A DNA stretch of 64,000 nt. It comes from Octopus vulgaris (lineage: Eukaryota). This document shows, piece after piece, positions 1-15,042 of this stretch. Location: the NCBI GenBank assembly GCA_951406725.2, contig OX597836.1, positions 13,020,001 to 13,084,000 on the forward strand, in the 5' to 3' direction. Each line of letters begins with the position of its first letter. Within the stretch, counting starts at the first letter, position 1. Made by a program: the position numbers and the translations under genes. Below the pieces are notes generated by a model. The model ran no database searches. It had not been told where the DNA came from and saw only the letters and a list, made by a program, of their open reading frames with translations.

Positions 1-99
1 GAACAGTAAATCGAACGGAAGTAGAACAGTAAGAAGTGTGGGCTAGGAGAAAACAATTGCTATTATGCTGAGATGTAACAAGTGACCGCAGAGATGATG

Positions 100-1400
100 T
101 TTCTCTTGCACTAAATGAGGATGCAAAGAGAGAGGTTTGGAGATGCCACTATGAAAGGTTGCTGAATAAAGAAAATGAATGGGAGAAAGAGAGTCTGCCG
201 AATGTCGACCCTACAGAGGGACCAGCTATCCAACCCTCCTCACCGTGGTGGGGACACTGGCAACGGGTAGTGTCGGAGCTATGCCTTCTGGAACTTCGGT
301 TCCTGGTAGGGACACCCAAAGTGGATTGGTGTGGCACCGAGTGGTATTAGGACTACAACCCGGCAGACAAGGCTCTGGTGAAAATCCTCGGTGTGTCTGT
401 TTCGGCAACCGGCGGCTCATCGGTCATTCTGTCCCTGCGTCTGCGGACAATCTGCGGCAAACAGGATGTCTCTACATGCGGGATTGTTGGGGACCGCTTG
501 TGAAATCTACATATTCCCACAAAACTTCTTCCATGAACAACTTCCGCCACATTCCAGGGAGAAAAACTAGAAGTTGTTGATAGCTTTCGTTACCTTGGTG
601 ACCAAGTCAGTAGCGGGGGTGGATGCTCTGAAAGTGTAACTGCTAGAATAAAAATAGCTTGGGTAAAGTTCAGAGAGCTCTTACCCTTGCTGGTGACAAA
701 GGGCCTCTCGTTCAGAGTAAAAGGTAGACTGTATGACGCATGTGTACGAACAACCATGCTACATGGCAGTGAAACATGGGCCGTGACTGCTGAGGACATG
801 CGTAGGCTCGCAAGCAATGCTCCGATGGATGTGTAATGTCAGTGTGCATACTCGACAGAGTGTAAGTACCTTGAGAGAAAAGTTGGACCTAAGAAGCATC
901 AGATGTGGTGTGCAAGAGAGACGACTGCGCTGGTATGGTCATGTGGCGAGAATGGACGAGGATAGCTGTGTGAAAAAGTGCTACACCCTAGCGGTTGAGG
1001 GAACCTGTGGAAGAGGTAGACCCTGGAAGATCTGGGATGAAGTAGTGAAGCACGACCATCGAACACTAAGCCTCACCGAGGCAATGACTAGTGACCGAGA
1101 CTTTAGGAAATATGCTGTGCTTGTGAAGACCCGGCAAGCCAAATGAGAACATAACCTATGTCAGGGGTGTAACCAGCCCACTTATGCATAACTAGCCTTC
1201 ATTGGACACTAAACTCGGCGTGCGAAGACCTGTTGAAACAAGTGAAATCGAAATCAAATTCGATGACTGGCATCCGTGCTAGTTGAGTGCTAAGAGCACC
1301 ATCCGAGCGTGATCGTTGCCTGAGCGGCTAACTGGCTTCAGTGCCGGTGGCACGTAAAAAGCACCATTCGAGCATGATCGTTACCAGCAACGCCTTTTGC
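100..1400 (+). mobile_element. Degenerate RTE-clade non-LTR retrotransposon fragment (pre-RT linker, post-RT C-terminus, 3' UTR)
   Basis: ~105-231 translates ALNEDAKREVWRCHYERLLNKENEWEKESLPNVDPTEGPAI. ~554-816 gives GEKLEVVDSFRYLGDQV...ARIKIAWVKFRELLPLL...KGRLYDACVRTTMLHGSETWA. After a frameshift, 817-1146 gives MLRWMC...RRLRWYGHVARM...GRGRPWKIW. These are typical RTE motifs; the RT core is absent. Confidence 0.85.
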
Positions 1401-1490
1401 ACGGTGATCACCATAAGCTTTAAGCTTCTAAACATATTATTATTATTATTTACAGGATTGTAAAATACGGCAACATATATTTATATATGA

Positions 1491-1640
1491 GGGGCTTCTT
1501 TCAGTTTCCGTCTACCAAATCCACTCACAAGGCTTTGGTCGGCCCGAGGCTATAGTAGAAGACACTTGCCCAAGGTGCCGTGCAGTGGGACTGAACCCGG
1601 AACCATGTGGTTTGTATGTAAGCTACTTACCACACAGCCA
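1491..1640 (-). mobile_element. tRNA-derived SINE, 5' half
   Basis: Reverse complement reads TGGCTGTGTGGTAAG...GGTTCCGGGTTCAGTCCC (A/B-box-like) CTTGGGCAAGTGTCTTC...GGTAGACGGAAACTGAAAGAAGCCC, the same family as many other copies in the window. Confidence 0.85.
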
Positions 1641-2301
<661 letters not shown>

Positions 2302-2345
2302 TGCTTTTTTTTTTCAGTCATAGAGTTAGATGGCAACGTTTCGTT

Positions 2346-3100
2346 TGTTTCGGTTGTCGTAGCACAAGTTTTCCGTCGATTTCCGTAAAAAACTTTTATT
2401 TTCTTACATAAGTAATGAGAGCGAAAGAGACTAAGAGGAAGCGATTTTATGACGAGGAAGTTTCTCTTTGAAGTTACCGTCTAGGGGAAGCATCGATGTA
2501 CATGTGTATATGTGTGTGTTTCATGAGGTGTGGGAGACAGACAGTATGTTGTGTAAGTGAAGTGCTTCTGTTAGTGTGTGTGAAGAGACAGAGAGAGTAA
2601 TGTGTGAAAGAGAGAGATAACTGATTTTTTACTCGGTGTATGTGTATATGTATGTATGCATGTATGTGTGTGTGTGTATGTATGTGTGTGTGTGTATGTA
2701 TGTGTGTGTGTGTATGTATGTATGGCCAATTCATCGTAATTACAATGAATCGGCCATACATAGACACACACACACACATACTTACACACACACATACATA
2801 CATACATACACACACACACCGAGTAAAAAATCAGTTATCTCTCTTTCACACATTACTCTGTCTCTTCACACACTAACAGAAGCACTTCACTTACACAACA
2901 TACCGTCTGTCTCCACACCCCATCAAACACACACATATACACATGTACATCGATGCTTCCCTAGACGGTAACTTCAAAGAGAAACTTCCTCGTCATAAAA
3001 TCGCTTCCTCTTAGTCTCTTTTGCTCTCATTACTTATGTAAAAAAAATAAAAGTTTTTTACGGAAATCGACGGAAAACTTGTGCTACGACATGCGAAACA
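2346..3100. mobile_element. ~750-bp near-perfect palindromic (foldback) MITE
   Basis: Left arm TGTCGTAGCACAAGTTTTCCGTCGATTTCCGTAAAA... mirrors right arm ...TTTTACGGAAATCGACGGAAAACTTGTGCTACGACA. Centre ~2739 (ATTCATCGTAATTACAATGAAT). A related element lies at ~33504-33826. Confidence 0.8.
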
Positions 3101-3106
3101 TCGCCA

Positions 3107-3413
3107 GTTTGATTTATGAAGGTCTTCAGTAGAAAATCCTTCGAATTCTGACTCGCTGCTTGATATAATGAAATTCGTATCCATTTTTTGTCAGAATTAC
3201 AAATTTTGAAAACACAATAGGAACAAATTTCGGAAAAAAATCTCCCATAATTCACGGAATTAAAATTACACTTCGATTTTTGTACAAAACTGTAGTTGAA
3301 GTGTTTACGAAGTATAATACGTGTTTTCACGAATGTACTAAAGAGATTTGCTCTGATATTCTCATTTAAATATGAATAGGTAAATTCGGGCGGTTTGGTA
3401 ACGAAAGGGTTAA
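3107..3413. mobile_element. piggyBac-like terminal fragment
   Basis: Ends ...GGTAACGAAAGGG|TTAA, the CCC/GGG terminus plus TTAA target typical of piggyBac. No matching other end seen; left boundary approximate. Confidence 0.45.
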
Positions 3414-4149
3414 ACGGATGCATACATTTATTAATCTCTTATTATAATAACTATATATAAGTGTCGTCTGTTTATACATAAACACTGTTTCATACTGCAA
3501 TTATATATACATATATCTATATATAATATTATATAATAAAATATATACAGAGTAAAATAAAAACCAATTTACCTTTTCTGTATTGTTATAGTAATTCCAC
3601 CGTCCGTGTGTCTTTGCAAATGTGTTGGAATGATAAGTGAGTTGTGTTTTGGCGCCTTTTTTACTAATAACAAACACACACGTGTTTGTATGTAGTTGTT
3701 TGAAACGTTTGTGTTCGCCACTCTCATATATGTATGTGTATGCGTGTGTGTGAGGAATGACACACACACACCCACGCACGCACACATGTACATCAATGCT
3801 TTCGGAGTGATATGTTAAAATATTGAGTTTTCTCGAATTTTGTCTTAATTGGTGGTAAAATTGAAAGAAATTTTTTATGGCATCACCCACTGAAGTACTC
3901 TGAAAAATCATGGGTACACTCTAATTGAAGAAATTGTGAGGAGTAAATCGTTATGTATTTATTTGTTTCTGTTTGCTGTGTTTTTTTATTTTTTGAGTAG
4001 TGGTTTAAATACTTTCAGTTTAGTCTTCCTCAAATCACTCTGTCGCTATTTACTTTCATTTTATTCGTTGCACACTGTGTGTGCGTGTGTGTGTGGTGTA
4101 AACCACATTAAGAAAAGCATTTGACATACACACCAGAATGTGAGTTTTC

Positions 4150-4319
4150 TGTAAATTTTGCTTAATTGGAGTTTAAATTTTAAAAACTGGACCTGGCATG
4201 ACGCGATGCATTCTACTCTTAAAAATGCTAGGTAAATTGTAATTGAAGAAATCCTATATTGTAGATTTCTATAAGTTACAAAGGGAGGCAGATAAAATCT
4301 GCCTTTTATAATAAGAGAT
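4150..4319 (-). mobile_element. Helitron-like 5' terminal fragment
   Basis: Minus strand starts ATCTCTTATTATAAAAGGCAGATTTTATCTGCC (TC start plus short subterminal hairpin). Inner boundary uncertain. Confidence 0.4.
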
Positions 4320-4322
4320 GTA

Positions 4323-4360
<38 letters not shown>

Positions 4361-4421
4361 ATACTGGGAGGAAGAGAAATGGAACGAAGCGACGAAGCGA
4401 ATTGAACCTGACGCGAACGCG

Positions 4422-6220
4422 CTGTCATACAAAACGTAACATCCCATACTGCCTAGCCAGAAGAATTTGTACCATTGTAGAAGATGCAAATATCAGGAAC
4501 AAACGCCTAATAGAACTAAGAGAATTTTTGCTCAAACAAAAATACCCATCTCTACTTATAGAAAATGGCATACAGCGGGCTATAAAAATACCCATACAAC
4601 AACTTAGAACAACCCAAGGAAGAGGAAAACAAGAACAAGTCATACCATTCATAGTGACACACAACCCATGTCACCAGAATATCTTCAACATTGCCAAAGC
4701 AAACCTACCAATCATTGCCCAAAGTAATGAATTAAAAGACATAATCACGGATCGAGCTATGGTGCTTAGTAAAAGACAGCCTAAAAACTTGAAAACATTA
4801 CTAACAAAGGCAAAATTTGACCTTAGCAACAAAGACCAAACATTCATTGTATCTAAATGCAATGATAGCCGATGTGGCACATGCCAATTCATACATACCG
4901 GTCAATATATAAACGCAAAAACCGGGAAAATATTCACAAAGCAGAAATTTAATTTACTGCATCAAATGCCCAAATTGTGAAGAAATATATGTAGGTCAGA
5001 CGGGAAACGCACTATCAGAACGCTCACGTGTACACCGGCAACAGATTAGAGACCCAGAGGTCCGTCAGATACCTTTGAGTAACCACCTAGTAACATGTGG
5101 CCGGAAAATGTATATAATATTTCCGTTCTACAAATTACACAGCCCAAGTGAAATCGGCACGAATAAAATTTTATCAAAGTAAATGATACGAGTCCACGTG
5201 TATAAAATATTAAGAACATGTAGATACATGCGAAGAAAATAAAACAATATTCACATCAGTTTAGTTATTTCGTGTTGCATATACGTTCGTTACCCACATT
5301 GTTTACAGTTTTCAAACGAACGTTAGTACGTCACAAAAGAGCTTTCTACGTCACTTCGTGAAAACAAACAATCTGATTGGTTAAAATTCGCAGTTTTAAT
5401 CTACGAATAAAGTCATAAAATAGATTTTTCTCAAATAAACTAGTTCCAACTGGTGTATTGTTTTGAGAAACTCTACCAGCACACGAAGTTCCAAATTATT
5501 TAGTTAAGTAGAAAGATCTGGGGTCCTGGCTTCAGGATTGAAAAGATCCTTTTATTGATAAATTCGAACCCAAGCTAAATAAGCAATAATAATAATACTT
5601 AGAGGTACTACTTCTACTGCTACGACCATGACCACTAACAACAACAACAATACTAAAGGTGATCAAGATGAAGATAGCAGGAAAATTATCTTATTTAGGG
5701 TTAAAAGTTCCATTGCCACCACCATCACCACTAGCAACAATAATTAAGGTGCTGACAATGATGATGACGATTGAAATATAAAAATATAAAAATCTCTGAC
5801 AAAGGCTATTTACAACATTTCTAAAAATAACCCAACAATTGCTGCTTCGGCCAGGGTCAAGGTACAGCGTGACGCCTAAACCAATCAGCTTAAGTAATTG
5901 AGTGATACTACACACTGATTGGTCAGAATACAGCTTGCAAAACTACCCAGCTGTATTTATAGCACAGAATCAATCATCTTGCTATAGTCAAAAATTGTGA
6001 AGCATGTCACCACTACTACATGAACCCGAAGATTGCAGAATTTAATGCATGAAAGTACTAGTTCAATCAGAATGAACATTTAACATTCTACTATTTTATT
6101 TTATTTTATTCTATTATAATATATTATCTTATAATATATCATTATAAGATTGTAAATAAAACGTGAAAATCAGACAAGGTTGGAATTCCTTTTATTAATA
6201 TATTCTTCTATACACGATCA
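4422..6220 (+). mobile_element. 5'-truncated Penelope-like element (RT thumb, GIY-YIG endonuclease, 3' pseudo-LTR), frameshifted and interrupted
   Basis: ORF 4402-4980 reads CHTKRNIPYCLARRICTIVE...LLKQKYP...IPFIVTHNP...KRQPKNLK...CNDSRCGTC. Another frame from ~4967 reads CPNCEEIYVGQTGNALSERSRVHRQQI...LSNHLVTC...IFPFYKL. The C-terminus FIDKFEPKLNKQ* lies at ~5550-5588. Hammerhead-like motif at 6021-6065. Confidence 0.85.
6021..6065 (+). ncRNA. Degenerate minimal type I hammerhead ribozyme
   Basis: Stem I TGAAC/GTTCA; core CCGAAGA (CUGANGA with U>C); stem II TGCA-gaatttaa-TGCA; GAAA; palindromic stem III AGTACT; CUA triplet. It lies in a PLE 3' region, where such motifs are known. Confidence 0.55.
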
Positions 6221-6227
6221 CACACAC

Positions 6228-6273
<46 letters not shown>

Positions 6274-6281
6274 ACACACAC

Positions 6282-6315
<34 letters not shown>

Positions 6316-7854
6316 ACGTGTGACATTACTGTAAAAGTTTACAAGGAAAGCCCACGAGTATTAACTGAGTACTGAGGCCAAATTATACGTCAGCCTGTAT
6401 TTACAAAGTGCAAGCGGAGAGAGAAAAAGCGAACACTCCTGCTATACTTTTGCTATATATATATTGGCCTGAACGTTAGTCGCCCAGTCTAATAATTAAT
6501 TCAAGCGGGTTTTCTCAGAGGCTTGGCCTCCAAATCTGATTGCAAATCTGGTTTGTAAAACTGTATACGGTGAAAACCGTTATTATTATTGTATATATAA
6601 CATAATGCAAACGTGTATACGCTGGGGATTTTTTGGGGGCTGTACCTCTGAAAAACCTAAACCTTGTGTATAATACGCACCCCTTCTCTAACTTGAGTGA
6701 AAGAGGTCTATATAACGTGCTTGATTTGTAAAACTGTATACGGTGAAAACCGTTATTATTATTGTATATATAACATAATGCAAACGTGTATACGCTGGGG
6801 ATTTTTTGGGGGCTGTACCTCTGAAAAACCCAAACCTTGTGTATAATACGCACCCCTTCTCTAACTTAATCGTAGACTCATCGAAATTTAATTCCACTGA
6901 CAAAAAAGTCTTATCTATGTGTGTTTGTGTGAGTGAATGTGTGCGTCTGTGTGTGTGTCTGTATGTGTATGTGTATGTACAAATACAGTAGTATTCCATG
7001 ATGACATCAAGAGTGTCAATGCATAGTCTAAAATAAAGATTATCAATGTGTGTTCTCACAAGTATACTTATGATTTATGTGGACAGGGATTGTTCAAGAT
7101 TTTCAATCGATTAAGTCTACGTGAAATTAATCCCACGCGCCGGTAAAGCACACGAGTTTCACCAAGAAGAAAACATCTTGTCTATGTGTGTGTGAGTGAA
7201 TGTGTGTGTGTGCGCGCGTCAGTGTGTGTGTGTATGTGTCTGTGTGTGTGTTTGTCTCTGTGTGTGTACGTGTGTTTGTGTTTGTGTGTGTGTGTTTATG
7301 TGCGTTTGTCTGTGTGTATGTGTCTGTGTGTGTGTGTGTCTATGTGTGTGTGTATGTGTCTGTGTGTATGTGTCTGTGTGTGTGTGTCTATGTGTGTGTG
7401 TGTGTGTTTGTGTGCGTTTGTCTGTGTGTATGTGTCTGTGTGTGTGTGTCTATGTGTGTGTGTATGTGTCTGTGTGTGTTTGTCTGTGTATGTGTCTGTG
7501 TGTGTGTTTGTGTGCGTTTGTCTGTATGTGCGTTTGTCTGTGTGTATGTGTCTGTGTGTGTGTGTGTCTATGTGTGTGTGTGTATGTGTCTGTGTGTATG
7601 TGTCTGTGTGTGTGTGTCTATGTGTGTGTGTGTGTGTTGTGTGCGTTTGTCTGTGTGTATGTGTCTGTGTGTATGTGTCTATGTGTCTGTGTATGTGTCT
7701 GTGTGTGTTTGTCTGTGTATGTGTCTGTGTGTGTGTTTGTGTGAGTTTGTCTGTGTGTATGTGTCTGTGTGTGTGTTTGTCTCTGTGTGTCTGTGTGTGT
7801 GTATGTGTGTCTGTTTGCGTGTGTGTCTGTGTTTGTGTGTGTGTGTGTGTCTGT

Positions 7855-7898
<44 letters not shown>

Positions 7899-8046
7899 AT
7901 GTGTGTGTGTCTGTGTGTCTGTCTCCTACAAAATGCTATCGCGGTAGGAGGCAAGAGATTTAGAAAACAGAAGAGGGAATGAAAGCGGGGAGTAGAAGGG
8001 GGAAACTAATTTCTTCACCTCAAGTTTTTAATCCTATTCTCCTCAG

Positions 8047-8130
8047 ATTTTCAAGAAACCAGTTGCACGAATCCCGCAATTAAACTTCAGCGTAAACCAA
8101 GTCGTGTTGTGGTTTTGAATCCTAAAATTG
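8047..8130 (+). other. Candidate 84-bp internal exon (copies at 12948-13031, 18125-18208, 22353-22436, 24648-24731, 28265-28344 [80 bp], 33267-33350)
   Basis: Branch-like AACTAAT, pyrimidine tract and CTCCTCAG| acceptor upstream; ends AAATTG|GTGAGT. Only the phase-1 frame is open: DFQETSCTNPAIKLQRKPSRVVVLNPKI. Confidence 0.45.
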
Positions 8131-8209
8131 GTGAGTCTTCTTTTCTACTTTTTCTTTCTTTATAGAAAACACATATGACCTAAAACGCGTTTTTTAACCC
8201 CCCTCCACC

Positions 8210-8240
<31 letters not shown>

Positions 8241-8727
8241 CATCTATATAAATGTATATGTATTGAAATCTTTTCTGATTTTTTATATGCTAGGCTACTG
8301 GTTTTAAATTGATATTAATTAAATTGATATTCAATTTATCTCCCTCATTATTTAAATGTATATGTATATGTGAGTGGATTTGGTAGACGGAAACTGAAAG
8401 AAGCCCGTCGTATATATGTAAAGATATATATGCGTGTGGGTGTTTGTGTGTCTGTGATTGTCTCCCTAACCCTAACCCTTTCCCTAACTAACTCTAACCC
8501 GAAAACAGATTGAAATGCAATAGATCGATACTAGGGTCATAATTATGGGTGACAATTTCATATGACACCGCTAGATAAAACTGCCGTTCAAACCGAAAAG
8601 ATCCGGGAAAGCTAATGGCTTGTGCGTGCGTGCTTGTTTCTGTGTGTGTGTGTGTGTGTGTGTTGTTTTGTTTATTTATTTATATGTTGTTGAATGTAGA
8701 AATAACACTCGGAGGAGCAAAGGAGCA

Positions 8728-8771
<44 letters not shown>

Positions 8772-9007
8772 CATACACACACATACACACACACATACAC
8801 ACACACATACACACACACGTACACACACACATGCACACACACATACACACACACACATACACACACACACATGCACACACACACGTACACACACACACAT
8901 ACACACACACACATACACGCACACGTACACACACACACACACACACACATACACATACACACACACATGCACACACACATACACACACACGTACACACAC
9001 ACACACA

Positions 9008-9056
<49 letters not shown>

Positions 9057-9208
9057 ACACGCACACACACACAGAGGAACAAACACGCACGCACAATTCA
9101 TCAGCTTCCTCTTCCCAGCTGACAATCGACAATATAGGATGGTCAGGGAAATCCCCGATTTGTAGTTTACAACGTCAAAACCGAAAGTTAACCAAATATT
9201 AATATATA

Positions 9209-9597
9209 CTCTTTACTCTTTTACTTGTTTCAGTCATTTGACTGCGGCCATGCTGGAGCACCGCCTTTAGTCGAGCAAATCGACCCCGGGACTTATTCTT
9301 TGTAAGCCCAGTACTTATTCTATCGGTTACTTTTGCTGAACCGCTAGGTTACACGGACGTAAGCACACCAGCATCGGTTGTCAAGCGATGTTGGGGGGAC
9401 AAACACAGACACACAAACATATACACACACTTCGTACATATATACGACGGGCTTCTTTCAGTTTCCGTCTACCAAATCCACTCACAAGGCTTTGGTCGGC
9501 CCGAGGCTATAGTAGAAGACACTTGGCCAAGGTGCCACGCAGTGGGACTGAACCCAGAACCATGTGGTTCGTAAGCAAGCTACTTACCACAGAGCCG
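9209..9597 (-). mobile_element. tRNA-derived SINE (copies ~14143-14531, 26009-26390, 29548-29930)
   Basis: Near-full-length reverse copy with tRNA-like head, internal TA/GT microsatellite and (GAGTAAA)-type tail. Confidence 0.88.
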
Positions 9598-9737
9598 CTA
9601 TATCTATCTATCTATCTATCTATCTATACACACACACACACACAAACTTTTGCCATTACTGTATAAGTATACAATGAATCTCCACGAGTATTAACAGGCA
9701 CTATATCTTTCTATCTATCTATCTATACATATATTTG

Positions 9738-9857
<120 letters not shown>

Positions 9858-9921
9858 TATATATATACATATATATATTTAAAAAAGGAGATGTGGAACA
9901 CGAATTGTGATATATAAAAAG

Positions 9922-10751
<830 letters not shown>

Positions 10752-11143
10752 TATAAAACAATACTGGGGGAAGAGAAATGGAACGAAGCGACGAATCGAA
10801 TCGAACCTGACGTCATATATATATACACACACACACACAAACGTGTGATCATAAAGTTTACAAGGAAAGCCCACTCCTATTAACTGAGTATTGAGGCCAA
10901 ATTATACGTCAGCCTATTTTTTTGCTATATATATATTGGCCTGAACGTTAGTCGCCCAGTCTGATTGCAACTTTCAGAAACAGGGACAACTGAAGAAGGG
11001 TAATATTCTTTACTTTGCATTACTCGTTAATCTTTTAGTTTTTTTTCGTTGTTTGAAAAAAAGTTTGTTTCTATGTTTTTGTTTTTATGTTTACGTTTCT
11101 CATTGTGTTCAACGTTTTTTTTATGTCCTGTACCCATATATGC

Positions 11144-11228
<85 letters not shown>

Positions 11229-11230
<2 letters not shown>

Positions 11231-11913
11231 GTAAATCCACGTGTATAGTCCGCCCTTGAGTATAATGCGTGGGGGATTTTTAGGGGGCTGTACCTCTCAA
11301 AAACCTAAACCTTGTGTATAATACGCACCCCTTCTCTCATTTAAGTGAAGGAGGTCTATATAACGTGCTTGGTTTGTAAAACTGTATACGGTGAAAACCG
11401 TTATTATTATTGTATATATAACATAATGCAAACGTGTATACGCTGGGATTTTTAGGGGGCTGTACCTCTGAAAAACCTAAACCTTGTGTATAATACGCAC
11501 CCCTTCGCTAACTTGAGTGAAGGTGGTCTATATAACGTGCTCGGTTTGTAAAACTGTATACGGTGAAAACCGTTATTACTATTGTATATATAACATAATG
11601 CAAACGTGTGGCTTTTTTGTGTATTTTGTTTGCAGAAAATAAAGAAATAACAGTAATAACGTTTAATAAATGTTGCTTACTGCAAGTTATGGATGATTCT
11701 TTTATGACTTCATTGCTTTCAGGCTTAGCTTAAGGTATTTTTGCACCCGACTTCACAAAATGCATCTGAATAAACATTGCTGGACAGCAAATAGAGAATT
11801 TGGACATTGCTTAGAAAATATTTTTCATTTTTAACCTCGTATATAGTACGCACTAGGGATTTTGACCATTAAATTTTGGGGTGAAAATGCGGATTATACT
11901 CGAGGATTTATGG
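11229..11913. mobile_element. Tc1/mariner-superfamily MITE with two internal ~172-bp repeats
   Basis: TA|CCGTAAATCCACGTGTATAGTCCGC ... GCGGATTATACTCGAGGATTTATGG|TA: ~25-bp imperfect TIR with TA flanks. Confidence 0.8.
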
Positions 11914-11957
11914 TATGCATATATTTATATATTACTTATATAATATATAAATATGTA

Positions 11958-12015
<58 letters not shown>

Positions 12016-12629
12016 TGTGTATGTATGTGTGTGTCTGTGTCTGTGTGTGTGTGTGTGTGTATGTGTGTGCGTTTGTGTGTGTCTGTATGTGTGCGTGTTT
12101 GTCTGTGTGTGTGTGCGTTTGTGTGTGTGTCTGTATGTGTGTGTGTGTGTGTATGTGTGTGTATGTGTGTGTATGTATGTATGTATGTATGTATGTATGT
12201 ACAAATAGTAGTGAGTCCATCATGACATCAAGAGTGTCAATGCGTAGGATTATCAAAGTGTTTCTTATAAGTATACTTATGACTCATGTGGAGTTAAGGA
12301 TTTCAATTGATTACGTCTAAATGAATTTCACCCAGAAAATCTTGTCTATGTGTGTGTGTGTGTATATGTCTGTGTGTGTGTGTGTTTGTCTCTGTGTTTG
12401 TGTCTGTGTGTTTGTGTGTATGTGTGTGTGTGTATGTATCTGTGTGTGTGTGTATGTGTGTGCGTCTGTGTGTGTCTGTGCGTGTGTGTGTGTATGTCTT
12501 TGTGTGTGTGTGTGTGTGTGTGTGTGTTGTGTGTGTGTGTGTTTGTGTGTATGTGTGTTTGTGTCTGTGTGTGTGTTTGTCTGTGTGTATCTGCCTGTGT
12601 GTGTGTGTCTATGTGTGTGTCTGTGTGTG

Positions 12630-12670
<41 letters not shown>

Positions 12671-13526
12671 CTGTGTGTGTGTGTTTGTGTGTCTGTGTGT
12701 GTGTGTATGTGTGTGTGTTTGTGTGTGTGTATGTGTGTGTGTGTGTGTCTGTGTGTCTGTCTGTGTGTGTGTGTGTGTGTATGTGTGTGTCTCTGTGTGT
12801 GTGTGTGTGTGTGTGTGTGTCTGTCTCCTACAGAATGCTCCGTGGTAGGAGGCAAGATATTTAGAAAACAAAAGAGGGAATGAAAGCGGGGAGTAGAAGG
12901 AGGAAACTAATTTCTTCACCTCAAGATTTTAATCCTATTCTCCTCAGATTTTCAAGAAACCAGTTGCACGAATCCGGCAATTAAACTTCAGCGTAAACCA
13001 AGTCGTGTTGTGGTTTTGAATCCTAAAATTGGTGAGTCTTCTTTTCTACTTTTTCTTTCTTTATAGAAAACACATAAGACCGTTTTTTTACCCCCCCCCC
13101 CATATATATATATGTGTGTGTGTGTGTGTGCATCTATATAAATGTATATGTATTGAAATCTTTTCTGATTTTTTATATGCTAGGCTACTGGTTTTAAATT
13201 GATATTAATTAAATTAATATTCAATTTATCTCCCTCATTATTTAAATGTATATGTATATGTGAGTGGATTTGGTAGACGGAAACCGAAAGAAGCCCGTCG
13301 TATATATGTAAAGATATATATGCGTGTGTGTGTTTGTGTGTCTGTGATTGTCTCCCTAACCCGAACCCTTCCCCTAACTAACTCTAACCCGAAAACAGAT
13401 TGAAATGCAATAGATCGATACTAGGGTCATAATTATGGGTGACAATTTCATATGACACCGCTAGATAAAACTGCCGTTCAAACCGAAAAGATCCAGGAAA
13501 GCTAATGGCTTGTGCGTGCGTGCTTG

Positions 13527-13564
<38 letters not shown>

Positions 13565-13667
13565 GTTTTGTTTATTTATTGTTTTGTTTATTTATTGTTT
13601 TGTTTTGTTTTGTTTATTTATTTATGTTTTTGAATGTAGAAATAACACTCGGAGGAGCAAAGGAGCA

Positions 13668-13740
<73 letters not shown>

Positions 13741-13846
13741 ACACACGTACACACACACATGCACACACACATACACACACACACATACACACACACACAT
13801 GCACACACACACGTACACACACACACATACACACACACACATACAC

Positions 13847-13879
<33 letters not shown>

Positions 13880-14640
13880 TACACATACACACACACATGC
13901 ACACACACATACACACACACGTACACACACACACACACACACATACACACACACACATACACACACACACGCACGCACACACAAACACACACACGCACAC
14001 ACACACAGAGGAACAAACACGCACGCACAATTCATCAGCTTCCTCTTCCCAGCTGACAATCGACAATATAGGATGGTCAGGGAAATCCCCGATTTGTAGT
14101 TTACAACGTCAAAACCGAAAGTTAACCAAATATTAATATATACTCTTTACTCTTTTACTTGTTTCAGTCATTTGACTGCGGCCATGCTGGAGCACCGCCT
14201 TTAGTCGAGCAAATCGACCCCGGGACTTATTCTTTGTAAGCCCAGTACTTATTCTATCGGTTACTTTTGCTGAACCGCTAGGTTACACGGACGTAAGCAC
14301 ACCAGCATCGGTTGTCAAGCGATGTTGGGGGGACAAACACAGACACACAAACATATACACACACTTCGTACATATATACGACGGGCTTCTTTCAGTTTCC
14401 GTCTACCAAATCCACTCACAAGGCTTTGGTCGGCCCGAGGCTATAGTAGAAGACACTTGGCCAAGGTGCCACGCAGTGGGACTGAACCCAGAACCATGTG
14501 GTTCGTAAGCAAGCTACTTACCACAGAGCCGCTATATCTATCTATCTATCTATACACACACAGACACACACACACAAACTTTTGCCATTACTGTATAAGT
14601 ATACAATGAATCTCCACGTGTATTAACAGGCACTATATCA

Positions 14641-14682
<42 letters not shown>

Positions 14683-14684
14683 AC

Positions 14685-14732
<48 letters not shown>

Positions 14733-14831
14733 GTGTATATATGTATATGTATATATATATATGTATATATATATATGTATATATATATATGTATATATAT
14801 ATATGTATATATATATGTATATATATATATG

Positions 14832-14884
<53 letters not shown>

Positions 14885-14933
14885 ATATATATATGTGTAT
14901 GTATATATATATATGTATGTATATATATATATG

Positions 14934-14977
<44 letters not shown>

Positions 14978-15007
14978 CATACTTATATATGTATATATGT
15001 ATATTTC

Positions 15008-15042
<35 letters not shown>

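Noticed and set aside
8464-8500. CCCTAA repeats as telomere or interstitial telomere
   Set aside because: Only 2-3 units, internal to the MITE seen complete at 35129-35548.
9119-9141. Third micro-exon after CTTCCCAG
   Set aside because: The following GTCAGG is a poor donor, and the acceptor is deleted in array-B homologues.
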